A DNA stretch of 55,648 nucleotides from Syntrophorhabdus sp. (GCA_034679045.1 JAXDBK010000038.1:1-55648); one strand, 5' to 3'; positions 37,298 through 48,000 are shown, numbered from the stretch's first letter. A program made the numbers and translations. The notes: generated from the sequence alone by a model not told the origin.

Positions 37298-38680
37298 TTA
37301 TCCGAAGTACGTATCTTTTGTAACGGATAGGGGCTGTCCCTTCGCCTTGGTCACGAATTCTTGTTCATCGAGGGCAAAAAGGGGGCTGATTTCTACTAAA
37401 GCCTGGTGTGAAACGGTAATCCCTGCCCCTGCAAGCCATCCCTTAAAAAGAGTATCCATGGCCCTGCGGGCCGTTTCGGGTGAGTCGGGCCCTGTCCTGT
37501 TCTTCACGGGGGAAAACTCTTCGGCCCGGTCTACCTCGATGCAGCAGGTTCTCTCTGCAAGAGGAATGGCATCGAAAACAAATGTTTCGAATTTCCAACC
37601 CTCTCCTTGGGTCCTGCCGCCCTCGGGGGTTGCCCACTCCACAACTTTGCGCGCGCAGTGATAGGGAAGAATGAAGCCTCCCTCGTTCAGGCGTCTCACA
37701 AAAGCAACGTTCAGGACATGGATTGCAGTGTTGCCGGCCCAAAAAAGAATTTGCCCGTTTTTATCGAGGGCCTCCATGTGGCTGCCGCCGAAATCGCTGT
37801 ATTCAAGGATTCTGTCTCTTGCCCTGAGTGATGCGTACACGCCGACCTTCTCCTCAATGCTTGTTCGCCGCACGACCTTTGTGGAGCATTCGGAGTTGGC
37901 GAGCACGTGGTAGCCGAGAAATGCGGGGTCCGCGATCTTCACGAGGGGATTGTCCACCTGACAATAAAAGATTTCCGTAATACCCCTGTCGGCCAATTTT
38001 TGAAGAAGACCCGAGGCGGAAAGGGCCTTGAGGGAGCCGCCGTGTCCATCAGGGTTAGTAAGGAAATGAGTCTTGTCCTTGAGAAGAAGTCGGCCATCAG
38101 GGGAAAGGGTCGGAAGTACGCCCTGCTGAAAGAAAAAGACATCTCTACCGTCCATGCCGAAATAGTGGTGGGCCTCAAAAAAACTGATGGTAGCATTATG
38201 GTTTTCCCGGCTCGTCATGATAAGCAGGGGCAGTGACGATCCGTATCGCCCGCAAATAGCCTTAACCTGTTCCGCAAAGAGTTGGAATAGGGTTTTGTTC
38301 GTCACCGGTGAGATAGGGAAAGTGCCCTTGGGTTTATCGTGACCGAGGCGTGCTCCCTGCCCACCGGCAACGATCAGTACGGCAACGGTGCCTTGCCGCA
38401 ACAGGGAGATGCCTGCGGCTCGTGCCCGTTCACGACAGATACGATCTTCGTCTGATTTCGACAGCGGTATGATCCGTGCCGATTCCAGGTCCCCAGCCAT
38501 CAAGGATGCATCTTCCGTTCTGCCGTAATCCTTATGAAGTCTGTGCACCAGGTCGAAATCCAGGCCGTCCGTGTTGGTCAGGAGTTGGGATTGTTCACCT
38601 TTGCTCAGGGTCCGATAATGAGAGGCAATATGTTGCTGATTATATCTGTCGAGCATGGTGAGGAAATCGTTTTTATGCAT
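37298..38680 (-). CDS. UDPGP type 1 family nucleotidyltransferase (UAP1-like UDP-N-acetylhexosamine/UDP-glucose pyrophosphorylase)
   Basis: AGGQGARLG..PKG, PDGHGG, QVDNPL, EKVG, EYS, KFETFVFD, EFSPVKN. Confidence 0.9.
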   Translation of the reverse strand: MHKNDFLTMLDRYNQQHIASHYRTLSKGEQSQLLTNTDGLDFDLVHRLHKDYGRTEDASLMAGDLESARIIPLSKSDEDRICRERARAAGISLLRQGTVAVLIVAGGQGARLGHDKPKGTFPISPVTNKTLFQLFAEQVKAICGRYGSSLPLLIMTSRENHNATISFFEAHHYFGMDGRDVFFFQQGVLPTLSPDGRLLLKDKTHFLTNPDGHGGSLKALSASGLLQKLADRGITEIFYCQVDNPLVKIADPAFLGYHVLANSECSTKVVRRTSIEEKVGVYASLRARDRILEYSDFGGSHMEALDKNGQILFWAGNTAIHVLNVAFVRRLNEGGFILPYHCARKVVEWATPEGGRTQGEGWKFETFVFDAIPLAERTCCIEVDRAEEFSPVKNRTGPDSPETARRAMDTLFKGWLAGAGITVSHQALVEISPLFALDEQEFVTKAKGQPLSVTKDTYFG

Positions 38681-38813
38681 AGGGACTCCCTTTGAACGCG
38701 CGCGGGCGGTTATTGCAGGATTTTTCAGGAATCGACGCCTCTCCTCCTCAAAGAACGGGGATATTTAAAGTTGTGAGCGGTATTGCAGATCGAGAGCTGC
38801 AAAATCGGGAATA

Positions 38814-39806
38814 TCAGGCGTCCTCCTCCTTAATACCTCTCCTCGTGATGTCGTTCACTGAGTTTGTTAGATCCTTGTTCCTGTAAATGATGTTGTATAA
38901 TTCCTCAGTTATCGGCATTTCAACGTCAATTTTCCTTGCCAATGTATACGCTGCATCTACCGTGTAATAGCCCTCGACCACCTGGCGCTGAGACTTGATG
39001 ATGTCAGCCGGCGCCCTGTTTTTAGCAAGTTCAATGCCGAAGGCCCTGTTTCTGCTCAACCCTCCGTAAGAGGTGAGGATCAGGTCTCCTATGCCCGAAA
39101 GACCGAGGAAGGTCGTGTCTTTTGCACCGAGGGCCTTCCCGAGTCGTCTGATTTCAGCAAGACCACGGGTAGTGAAAGCTGCCTGGGTATTTGTTCCAAG
39201 ACCCAAGCCTTCTATTATGCCTGCGCCTATGGCCATAACATTTTTCATGGCGCCGCCCACTTCCGCGCCGACCACATCGTCACCCCTGTAGACCCTGAAG
39301 TTATCGTTATGGATGATTTGCTGCAGCGATTGTGCGAAGTCTTTGTCTTCCGATGAAATCACCACGGATGTAAAGGCGCCCTGCGCGACCTCTCTGGCAA
39401 AGGAAGGGCCGGAAAGGACGGCGATGAGACAGGAATTTCCGAGAATCCCCCGTATGACCTCGCTCATTCTGAATAGGGTATTTTCCTCAAAGCCTTTTGT
39501 GAGGCTTAGAATTCTTTTATTGCTCAGCAATGGCGCACTGTTCTCGATGCTCTTTCTCAGGGCAAAGGATGGTGTGGCGATGACGATGTTTTCGGAGAAA
39601 CTTGACAATTCATCGAGTCCTCGTGTGAACCGGATCTGCCTGGGTAGTTGAAAACCGGGTAAATAAAAAGTGTTCTCTCCGGTTTGGCACAATACATCGT
39701 AGAGTTCCTGTTCATATACCCATAAAAGTACTTGATGATTCTGTCTTGCAAGGTGGAGTGAAAAGGCGGTCCCCCATGCCCCTGCTCCGATTACTCCAAT
39801 ATTCAT
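38814..39806 (-). CDS. gpsA: NAD(P)H-dependent glycerol-3-phosphate dehydrogenase
   Basis: GAGAWGTA, LSGPSFA, GGAMKNV, GLSGIGDL, SRN. Confidence 0.96.
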   Translation of the reverse strand: MNIGVIGAGAWGTAFSLHLARQNHQVLLWVYEQELYDVLCQTGENTFYLPGFQLPRQIRFTRGLDELSSFSENIVIATPSFALRKSIENSAPLLSNKRILSLTKGFEENTLFRMSEVIRGILGNSCLIAVLSGPSFAREVAQGAFTSVVISSEDKDFAQSLQQIIHNDNFRVYRGDDVVGAEVGGAMKNVMAIGAGIIEGLGLGTNTQAAFTTRGLAEIRRLGKALGAKDTTFLGLSGIGDLILTSYGGLSRNRAFGIELAKNRAPADIIKSQRQVVEGYYTVDAAYTLARKIDVEMPITEELYNIIYRNKDLTNSVNDITRRGIKEEDA

Positions 39807-39810
39807 CAGG

Positions 39811-42243
39811 TTAGTAACTCTGCTCTTCTTCTTCCGTCACCGTTGCCACACTACTGATCGTCTTATCCGTTCCCAAATCCATCAATTTGACTCCCAAGCC
39901 ACCTCGTTTTTGCACTGGAATATCCTTTGCGCTGAACCTGATGGTCTTTCCCGTGTCGGTAACGAGAATAATTTCATCGCTGTCTCCAATTCGCTTTAGA
40001 CAGACAACCTGTCCGTTCTTCGTGCCGCAGCGGACGTTGATGATACCGCCGCCGCCTCTGGACTGGACCCTGAATTCCGAGCACGGGGTGCGTTTTCCGT
40101 ATCCCTTTTCAGTTACGGTAAGAACATTACAGTCGGGCTCAACGATTTCCACTGAAACCACCTCATCGTTCTTCTTGAGCTTGATTCCCCTTACTCCGTA
40201 AGCTGTTCTTCCCATGGGCCGTATCTCTTCCTCTGCGAAGTGTATCGACATTCCCTTCTTTGTGGCGATTATCACCTCGCTTTTCCCCTCTGTTTCGAGG
40301 ACGCCCATGAGACTATCGTCTTCAGGAAGGTTGATTGCCCTTATGCCGCCGGATCTGAGATGTTTCAGGAGATCGAGCTTAATCCTTTTAACCTGTCCTT
40401 TTCGAGTGGCAAAGAAAAGATATTTGCCCTCTGCAAAATCTTTTACATGGGCGATAGTGGTTATCCGTTCACCTCTGTCTATGTTGATGAGGTTCACTAT
40501 GGGTCTCCCCTTTGACGAGAGTGGGGCTTCGGGGATCGTATAGACTTTCACGATGTGCGCCTTGCCTGTATTGGTGAAGAAGAGAATGTATGAGTGTGTG
40601 GACGCTATATAGAGGTGATCGACGATGTCCTCTTCCCTGACGACTATGCCTATCTTTCCTTTTCCGCCCCTCAACTGATTCTTGTACTGGTCCAGGGATG
40701 TCCTTTTAATGTAGCCCTTGGATGTGATGGTGACTGCTACCTCCTCGTCCTTGATCATGTCTTCTCGTGTGATATCGGGCAAAGCATCCACTATTTCGGT
40801 CTGTCGTCTGTCGCCGTACTTATCCCTCACTTCGATCAGTTCCTGCTTCACGAGGTCAAGGAGGACACTTTCATGCTCAAGGATGTTGCGAAGTCTTTCG
40901 ATTTCACGCCCTGTAGCCGCAAAATCATCCATGATCTTGTTTCTTTCGAGGGATGTCAGTCGTTGCAGGCGCATTTCAAGGATGCTTGTAGCCTGTTTTT
41001 CTGTGAAACCGAAACGGGCCATGAGGGAGGCCCTGGCCTCCGGGGTATTGGGCGCCTGTTTGATGAGGGCGATTACTTCATCGATATTTTCAAGAGCGAT
41101 TTTCAGACCCTCAAGAATGTGAAGTCTGTCAAGGGCCTTGTTTAGTTCAAAGGTAGATCTCTTCGTTACCACCTCTTTTCTGAAGTTTACAAATTCTGTA
41201 ATAATAGCTTTGAGATTCAGCACCTTCGGTTCGTTGTTGACAATGGTAAGGAAAATTATGCCGAAAGTGGTTTGCATCTGAGTATGCTTGTAAAGCTGAT
41301 TGAGAACAGGGATGCCAATTTCACCCCTCTTCAGTTCGATAACGACCCGTATGCCCTCCCTGCTCGACTCATCCTTGATGTTGGATATGCCTTCGATCCT
41401 TTTCGTATTGACAAGCTCCACCATGTTTTCCAGAAGGCGGGCCTTATTTACTTGATAGGGAATTTCCGTGACAACGATACTCTCTCTGCCGTCTTTTTTG
41501 CGTACTTCTATGCCGGCCCGGGCCCGGAGGATAATGTGCCCCCTCCCTGTGGAGTAAGCATCCTGAATGCCTTGGCGACCATAGATGATGCCCTGGGTCG
41601 GAAAGTCGGGTCCGGGTATGTAATTCATCAATTCCTCAAGGGAGATGTCAGGGTTATCGATGAACGCGACGATACCGCTTACTATTTCATTGACGTTGTG
41701 AGGGGGGATGTTCGTAGCCATGCCAACGGCAATGCCGGAAGACCCGTTAATCAATAGACTCGGTATCTTGGACGGCATAACGACAGGTTCGTTCAGTGAA
41801 TCGTCATAGTTGGGTCTGAAGAGTACGGTGTCCTTTTCGATATCTTTGAGAATTTCTTCCGCTATCCGTGATAGCCTTATCTCGGTGTACCGCATGGCAG
41901 CAGGGGCATCGCCATCGATAGAACCGAAGTTGCCCTGGCCATCAACCAAGGGATAGCGAAGCGAGAATTCCTGAACCATCCGCGTGATTGCATCGTACAC
42001 GGCCTGGTCGCCATGGGGGTGAAATTTACCGATAACGTCACCAACGACCCTGGCTGACTTCTTGTAGGGTTTGTCATGGGTGTTGTTGAGTTCGTACATC
42101 GCATAAAGAATTCTTCTGTGAACCGGTTTCAGACCGTCACGAACATCAGGCAAAGCCCTTCCGATGATAATGCTCATCGCATAGTCGAGGTAGGACCTTC
42201 GCATTTCCTCTTCAATTGGTACTGTCATCACAGACGTTTGCAT
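39811..42243 (-). CDS. gyrA: DNA gyrase subunit A
   Basis: [28 protein letters not shown] catalytic Tyr, GyrA-box QLRGGKG, beta-pinwheel repeats; GGGAGG RBS + ATG 42243. Confidence 0.97.
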   Translation of the reverse strand: MQTSVMTVPIEEEMRRSYLDYAMSIIIGRALPDVRDGLKPVHRRILYAMYELNNTHDKPYKKSARVVGDVIGKFHPHGDQAVYDAITRMVQEFSLRYPLVDGQGNFGSIDGDAPAAMRYTEIRLSRIAEEILKDIEKDTVLFRPNYDDSLNEPVVMPSKIPSLLINGSSGIAVGMATNIPPHNVNEIVSGIVAFIDNPDISLEELMNYIPGPDFPTQGIIYGRQGIQDAYSTGRGHIILRARAGIEVRKKDGRESIVVTEIPYQVNKARLLENMVELVNTKRIEGISNIKDESSREGIRVVIELKRGEIGIPVLNQLYKHTQMQTTFGIIFLTIVNNEPKVLNLKAIITEFVNFRKEVVTKRSTFELNKALDRLHILEGLKIALENIDEVIALIKQAPNTPEARASLMARFGFTEKQATSILEMRLQRLTSLERNKIMDDFAATGREIERLRNILEHESVLLDLVKQELIEVRDKYGDRRQTEIVDALPDITREDMIKDEEVAVTITSKGYIKRTSLDQYKNQLRGGKGKIGIVVREEDIVDHLYIASTHSYILFFTNTGKAHIVKVYTIPEAPLSSKGRPIVNLINIDRGERITTIAHVKDFAEGKYLFFATRKGQVKRIKLDLLKHLRSGGIRAINLPEDDSLMGVLETEGKSEVIIATKKGMSIHFAEEEIRPMGRTAYGVRGIKLKKNDEVVSVEIVEPDCNVLTVTEKGYGKRTPCSEFRVQSRGGGGIINVRCGTKNGQVVCLKRIGDSDEIILVTDTGKTIRFSAKDIPVQKRGGLGVKLMDLGTDKTISSVATVTEEEEQSY

Positions 42244-42341
42244 CAAATGCCTCCCATCTTCCACATTGTTGGATATGGATTAATGTAACATAAAGACGAA
42301 GCTGTTGACAATTGGCCGGACATCGTAGAAAATAGATAATC

Positions 42342-42764
42342 ATGAGATATTTGCCCATTTTTGTTATTGGTGTTGGATTGGCTGCGGCGCTTTGCTCCTG
42401 CGGAGAGGAGGTAAAGGGCCTGAAAGAAGAGATAAAGATGGTGAAGGAAGAAAATTCCTTTTTAAAGGCCGAAAACAGAGGACTCAAGAAAGAGGTCGAG
42501 GAACTCTACGAGAGGCTGGAGGGTCAGACACAGACCCAGAAGGGTACCCGGAGCGGGGCGTTCGATCAAAAAGCGACGGCCACGGGGACTGCAAAGAACC
42601 CAGCCACGGTCATCCCTCCAAAGCAAGGGACACAGTCTGACCAGAAGCCTGCCGTGCCGGTTGATAAGAAGCCCGTTGGGGCTACCGTCAAAAAGCCTCC
42701 GACTCCTGCGGCGAAAAAGCCGGTCGCGGTTCCTGGGTACATAGAGTCGTCCTCTCCTGACTAA
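42342..42764 (+). CDS. Hypothetical lipoprotein with coiled coil and KKP-repeat tail
   Basis: Signal peptide ending LCSC-G lipobox, heptad region, Pro/Lys repeats. Confidence 0.75.
   Translation: MRYLPIFVIGVGLAAALCSCGEEVKGLKEEIKMVKEENSFLKAENRGLKKEVEELYERLEGQTQTQKGTRSGAFDQKATATGTAKNPATVIPPKQGTQSDQKPAVPVDKKPVGATVKKPPTPAAKKPVAVPGYIESSSPD
42642..42734 (+). repeat. Degenerate 24-bp (8-aa) coding tandem repeat, 4 units
   Basis: AAGCC recurs at 42645, 42669, 42693 and 42717 (QKP/KKP/KKP/KKP). Confidence 0.6.
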
Positions 42765-42833
42765 GATAGAAAAAACCAAAATGAGCGTGAAGGACAAGGT
42801 TCGGCCCGTCTCCGCCATCAAGAACCGTTTGTA

Positions 42834-43568
42834 ATGAGGAATATTGCCCTTACCGTTGCGTATGACGGGACAAACTATCACGGTTGGCAGTGCCAACCCA
42901 ACGTAATTACCATTCAACAAGTCGTACAGCGAGCGATCGAGAGAATTCTCGACCACGACGTAAAGATTTATGCAGGTGGGCGGACCGATACAGGAGTTCA
43001 CGCCATGGGTCAGGTAATTAATTTCTTTACCAATAAGGCAATTGAACTTCGGGATTTGGGTAGGGGATTAAATAGCATTCTGCCAAGGGACATACGCATT
43101 CACGATGCACGCGAGGCAGACCCGACTTTTCACGCAAGGTATTCAGCGAAGGCGAAAACGTACGTGTATTGCATACTTAACAGGCCCTTCGCTTCACCAT
43201 TCCTCGAACGATATGTCTGGCACATACGGCATTCTCTTGATGTCCCAGCCATGGGTGAGGCAGCCAAAGACATCGTGGGTAAGCTTGATTTTTCGGCATT
43301 CAAGAAGAAGGACGAGGTGTACAAGACGGCGGTAAGGGAGGTCATGAGGGCAGGGGTCAAGAAAAAAGGCGATGTTATTTATGTCTTCGTTGAAGCCCAA
43401 GGATTCCTCAGGTACATGGTCCGAACGATCGTGGGAACCCTGGTGCTTGTGGGTTCCGGAAGGATTAGCGTTCCAGAATTCTCGTCTATCCTTGTATCGA
43501 AGGAACGAGAGAAAGCCGGACCTACGGCACCGGCGAAAGGACTGTTTTTGAGGAGGATCAGATATTAG
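42834..43568 (+). CDS. truA: tRNA pseudouridine(38-40) synthase
   Basis: YDGTNYHGWQ.QP, GRTDTGVHA, FHARYSA, FLRYMVR, TAPAKGL. Confidence 0.96.
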   Translation: MRNIALTVAYDGTNYHGWQCQPNVITIQQVVQRAIERILDHDVKIYAGGRTDTGVHAMGQVINFFTNKAIELRDLGRGLNSILPRDIRIHDAREADPTFHARYSAKAKTYVYCILNRPFASPFLERYVWHIRHSLDVPAMGEAAKDIVGKLDFSAFKKKDEVYKTAVREVMRAGVKKKGDVIYVFVEAQGFLRYMVRTIVGTLVLVGSGRISVPEFSSILVSKEREKAGPTAPAKGLFLRRIRY

Positions 43569-44137
43569 GTCAATCGCCTATTTTCGGGCAGTGGCCAGGC
43601 GTAGTCGCCATGGCTCCTTGATACGGACTCTAAAATGGTAGAGGGCATACGTGGACAGTCTGTGGACGAACAGTCCATGGACCCCCCCATGTGTTTCCCG
43701 GACAGATGGGGCCCACCAGTACCGGAAATGGCCCCACACAGCCTATGACAAAGATATTGAAGAATCACGGGCAATCAGTCATACTATGTTTGTGGTTGAC
43801 CCGCTGTTAGAGAGAGGATCCGGTCTATTTTTGCCATCCTCCGGGCGGATGGACCCAAAAGCCGCACGGACGATCTGCATGTGTTTGCTTGCCAGGGTAG
43901 CGCCGCAGGATATGAGGCAGTGGAACGGAAGGTCTATTGCGTGATCGAAGGTCGACCCCCTACCCTGAGGAGCGAGTCATCGGGGGGAAGGTACGGGTTT
44001 ATTTCAATCAAATCCGGATCTGCCCTTAAAAAGGATAGGAAGGCTTGAAAAATGTTGTGTGTTACCTGACGCGTGGGTTCACAAGGGGTATCAAGGCAAG
44101 GTTCTCAGGAAGTAATTTAGGGAGAGATTAGAACTTT

Positions 44138-45358
44138 ATGGGTGAAGTCCTAAAATCACGAAAATTGGATAATGTTTGTTATGAGATACGTGGTCCCCTG
44201 CTGAAAGAGGCTCAGCGTTTGGAGGAGGAAGGCTACACGATCATCAAGCTCAACAGCGGAAATCCCCCTGCCTTCGGCATCAACGCTCCTGATGAGATCA
44301 TTCGGGATGCCATAGTCAATCTCCGTTCCGCCCAAGCCTACGGGGACTCAAAAGGGCTTTTCGCCGCACGGAAGGCGATTATGCAACAGTGCCAGGTCAA
44401 GGGCGTCGAGGATGTGCAGATAGAGGACATTTATGTGGGTAACGGTGTAAGCGAGATGATCATGATGGCTATGCAAGGCCTCTTGAATGATGGCGACGAG
44501 ATGCTTGTGCCGGCGCCGGATTACCCTTTATGGACGGCGGCTGTCAATCTTTCAGGAGGAAAAGCCGTCCATTACATTTGTGACGAGAAATCGGATTGGA
44601 ATCCGGATCTTAAAGATATGGAATCAAAGATCACATCGAAGACGAGAGGCGTTGTGATCATTAATCCGAATAACCCAACCGGCGCCGTCTACCACAGGGA
44701 CGTATTACTAAAGATTGTGGAGATGGCGGAGAGGCATGATCTCATCATTTTCAGTGATGAGATCTACGACCAGATTCTCTATGACAGGGCCAGGCACACG
44801 CCATTGGCAACACTCTCGAGGGATGTCCTGTTCGTTACGTTCAACGGATTATCTAAATCACATCGTATCCCCGGCCTTAGGGCTGGATGGATGATTGTGA
44901 GCGGAAGAAAAGCTCAGGCCAAAGACTATATGATGGAAGGGCTCGATACCCTGTCCAACATGCGTATGTGCGGCAATATGGTGGCTCAGTTCGCCATACA
45001 GACGGCCCTGGGGGGCTACCAAAGCCTTACTCAACTCATCTCGCCCGGGGGGAGGCTTTACGAACAACGGGAAGCTGCCTACAAATCCTTCACAGCCATA
45101 CCGGGAATTACATGTGTCAAGCCGCGAGGCACGCTTTACCTCTTCCCTAAAATCGATGTTAAGAAATACAGGATTCATGATGATCAGAAGTTTCTCCTCG
45201 ACTTCCTTAGGGAAAAAAAAGTGCTGATGGTCCAGGGCACGGGCTTCAATTGGCCGGCGCCGGACCATTTCCGTGTTGTATTTCTCCCCACGGTGGATGA
45301 GATCAAATCGGTTGCTGCACGGATGGCGGAATTCCTGAAGGAGTATCGGCAGTCATAG
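44138..45358 (+). CDS. alaA: PLP-dependent aminotransferase class I/II, AlaA/AlaT type
   Basis: YEIRGP, GNGVSE, PDYPLWTAA, NPNNPTG, DEIYD, NGLSKS.R.PG.R.GW, VQGTGFNW. Confidence 0.85.
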   Translation: MGEVLKSRKLDNVCYEIRGPLLKEAQRLEEEGYTIIKLNSGNPPAFGINAPDEIIRDAIVNLRSAQAYGDSKGLFAARKAIMQQCQVKGVEDVQIEDIYVGNGVSEMIMMAMQGLLNDGDEMLVPAPDYPLWTAAVNLSGGKAVHYICDEKSDWNPDLKDMESKITSKTRGVVIINPNNPTGAVYHRDVLLKIVEMAERHDLIIFSDEIYDQILYDRARHTPLATLSRDVLFVTFNGLSKSHRIPGLRAGWMIVSGRKAQAKDYMMEGLDTLSNMRMCGNMVAQFAIQTALGGYQSLTQLISPGGRLYEQREAAYKSFTAIPGITCVKPRGTLYLFPKIDVKKYRIHDDQKFLLDFLREKKVLMVQGTGFNWPAPDHFRVVFLPTVDEIKSVAARMAEFLKEYRQS

Positions 45359-45408
45359 GAGGCGGGGACACCTGTTTTGAGTCGGGAAACCAGGGCCGGC
45401 TCCCCTGG

Positions 45409-46749
45409 TCACGATTGTCGATTCCTGTAATCCCTGTAGCCGAACTTTTTGACCACCTCTACTTTCCCCCCATCCCTGATCACTGCAATGTCGGGCAGGT
45501 TGATTCCGTTGAAGGTTGTGCTTTTCACAATGCTGTACAGGGCCATATCGGTAAAGACAAGGGTGTCTTCCCTGTTGAGGGGCCGGTCAAAGGAGTAATC
45601 GCCTATGACGTCCCCTGCGAGGCAACTTGGTCCGGCAAGCCTGTAGGTGTGTTTCTTTTCGCCCGGCCCACCGGAATTCAATATGTGGGGCCGGTAGGGC
45701 ATAAGGAGCACATCGGGCATGTGGGTTTCTGCAGAGGCATCGAGGATGGCAATTTCCATCCCGTTGTTCACAATATCCAGAACGGATGTCATAAGAACAC
45801 CGGCATTCAGGACGCTTGCTTCACCCGGTTCAAGGTACACCTGGACGCCATACTCTTTCCTGAAATCATTTATGAGACGGATGAGATGCTCTACGTCGTA
45901 ATCATCGCGGGTTATGTGGTGGCCTCCCCCGAAATTCACCCACCTCAGGCCGTCCACAAATCGGCCGTAAAGTTTTTTGAAAGATGCCAAAACTCTTTCA
46001 AGGACATCCGCGTTTTGCTCGCACAAGGCGTGAAAGTGAAGACCGTCCACCGAGCCCCTGTGTAGCGGGAATTCCTTGCGGAATATGTCATAGATGATAC
46101 CGAGCCTCGAGTGGGGCCCACAGGGATTGTACATTTCCCTGTCCACCTCGGCATATCCCGGATTTACCCGCAAGCCTATTTGAACACCCCTCTTTTGTGC
46201 CCGGGGTCCATATCTTTGAAGCTGATAAAAGGAGTTGAAGATAATCGCGTCCGAATATCTGAGGATCGGCCCGATTTCACTGTCTCTGTATGCCGCGCCA
46301 AAAGTATGCACTTCCTTCTTGAATTCCTCGTAACCCAGTTTTGCTTCATTGAGGCCGCTTGCGCACGTTCCGTCCAGGTACGTGCTTATGGTGGGAAACG
46401 TGGCGAAGGTTGCATAGGATTTCAAGGCGTGCAGTATCATGCAGCCGGTGCGGTCTTTCACGTACCGCAATACCCTCATGTTCTCTTCGATGAGGGCTTC
46501 GTCGATAAGGTAGACCGGGGTCCCTATGCCCTGGGCGGCTATGGCGAGGTATTTTTCATTTTCAGACGCAAAGATCTTCCTCTTCTGTTCCTTTATGAGA
46601 GTCGTGAGCGATCTTTCTTGATCAGTGCCTAAAGCCGCCAACACCTTTTCTCTGTGGCAGTCCGACAGGGAGTGGTACAAGTTGACAACAGACGGCATTT
46701 TTGTCGAAATCGCCTTGATTGTCTCGCGAACTCTTACGTCGGTACTCAT
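45409..46749 (-). CDS. nspC: Carboxy(nor)spermidine decarboxylase
   Basis: ALKS, ASGLNEA, GLRVNP, GLHFHALCEQ, NFGGGHHIT, EPGEA, HMPDVL.MPYRP, CLAGD, FNGI.LP. Confidence 0.93.
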   Translation of the reverse strand: MSTDVRVRETIKAISTKMPSVVNLYHSLSDCHREKVLAALGTDQERSLTTLIKEQKRKIFASENEKYLAIAAQGIGTPVYLIDEALIEENMRVLRYVKDRTGCMILHALKSYATFATFPTISTYLDGTCASGLNEAKLGYEEFKKEVHTFGAAYRDSEIGPILRYSDAIIFNSFYQLQRYGPRAQKRGVQIGLRVNPGYAEVDREMYNPCGPHSRLGIIYDIFRKEFPLHRGSVDGLHFHALCEQNADVLERVLASFKKLYGRFVDGLRWVNFGGGHHITRDDYDVEHLIRLINDFRKEYGVQVYLEPGEASVLNAGVLMTSVLDIVNNGMEIAILDASAETHMPDVLLMPYRPHILNSGGPGEKKHTYRLAGPSCLAGDVIGDYSFDRPLNREDTLVFTDMALYSIVKSTTFNGINLPDIAVIRDGGKVEVVKKFGYRDYRNRQS

Positions 46750-46758
46750 CAACCGGCA

Positions 46759-48000
46759 TCACATCGTATCGGGAAGAGGTGGATGCTCGACGACTTGCCA
46801 TGGGAGACCATGTCTGTTTAGTGCATCCATGAAACCGTCGGGATCGAGTTGCTCCATATTATAGACTCCTTTTCCCTGCCAGGAGCCTGTTAAGACCATC
46901 ATAGCCCCTATCATAGCAGGGACTCCTGTTGTGTAAGCAATTGCCTGGGTGCCGGTCTCCTTGAACGCCTCGGCGTGATCACACACGTTGTAAATGTATC
47001 TCGTAATGGTTTTGCCGTCTTTCATTCCTGTCAGAATGTTGCCGATAACAGTCTTTCCGGTATATTTTGTTCCAAGAGAGGCAGGCTCAGGGAGAAGCGC
47101 CTTCAGTAATTTTACCGGTACAACCTTGTGCCCCTCATAGTCGACCTCGTCAATTCTCGTCATACCCACATTTTGGAGGACCCTCAAGTGGGTAAGGTAA
47201 TTCTCGGAAAACGTCATCCAGAATCTCGCCCTCTTTAGTCCTTTAATGTTCTGAACGAGGGATTCGAGTTCTTCATGGTACAGGAGGTAGCTTTCCTTTG
47301 CCCCGGCTACGGGATAATCAAAGGTGAAATGGACGCTTTCCTCCTCGATAATGGGTGGTGTTTCAATCCACTTTCCGTTTTCCCAGTGTCTGACTGCCTG
47401 GGTAACCTCACGGATGTTGATCTCGGGATTGAAATTCGTGGCGAAGCTGTATCCGTGAGACCCTGCATTGCAGTCAAGTATATCCAGGTAACGGATCTCG
47501 TCAAAGAGATGTTTTTGGGCGTATGCGGTAAACACATTTGTTACCCCGGGGTCGAATCCGGAGCCGAGAACGGCCATGATTCCCTTTTCTGCAAACCTTT
47601 CCTGATATGCCCACTGCCAACTATATTCGAAACGGGCTACATCGAGGGGTTCGTAATTTGCGGTATCCACATAGTGTACCCTTGTCTCCAGACAGGCATC
47701 CATAATATGGAGGTCCTGGTAAGGAAGGGCGAGATTGAGAACGAGGTCAGGCTGAAATTTTGTGATGAGGGCGGTCAGTTCGGCCACGTTGTCCGCGTTC
47801 AATCGGGCTATTTGAATATCTTTTCCGTACCTCTGTTTGATATCTTCCTTGATTGCCTCGCACTTCGTGAGTGTTCGGCTCGCTACCATAATTTCCGTGA
47901 AGACTTCAGGAACCTGGGCGCATTTATGGGCTGCAACGGTGGCTACGCCTCCCGCGCCGATTATCATGATTCTTCCACAACCCTTGTTTCTATTCATCAT
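46759..48000 (-). CDS. Carboxy(nor)spermidine synthase/dehydrogenase (saccharopine dehydrogenase family)
   Basis: IIGAGGV, NLALPYQDL.IMDACL, DTANYE, GSGFDPG, ATNFNPEIN.RE, HEELESL; AGGAGAG RBS; adjacent to nspC. Confidence 0.93.
   Translation of the reverse strand: MMNRNKGCGRIMIIGAGGVATVAAHKCAQVPEVFTEIMVASRTLTKCEAIKEDIKQRYGKDIQIARLNADNVAELTALITKFQPDLVLNLALPYQDLHIMDACLETRVHYVDTANYEPLDVARFEYSWQWAYQERFAEKGIMAVLGSGFDPGVTNVFTAYAQKHLFDEIRYLDILDCNAGSHGYSFATNFNPEINIREVTQAVRHWENGKWIETPPIIEEESVHFTFDYPVAGAKESYLLYHEELESLVQNIKGLKRARFWMTFSENYLTHLRVLQNVGMTRIDEVDYEGHKVVPVKLLKALLPEPASLGTKYTGKTVIGNILTGMKDGKTITRYIYNVCDHAEAFKETGTQAIAYTTGVPAMIGAMMVLTGSWQGKGVYNMEQLDPDGFMDALNRHGLPWQVVEHPPLPDTM

Noticed and set aside
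43651-43944. 97-aa ORF and short TGGAC repeats after truA
   Set aside because: No RBS or domain; repeats are too short and irregular for a CRISPR array or iterons
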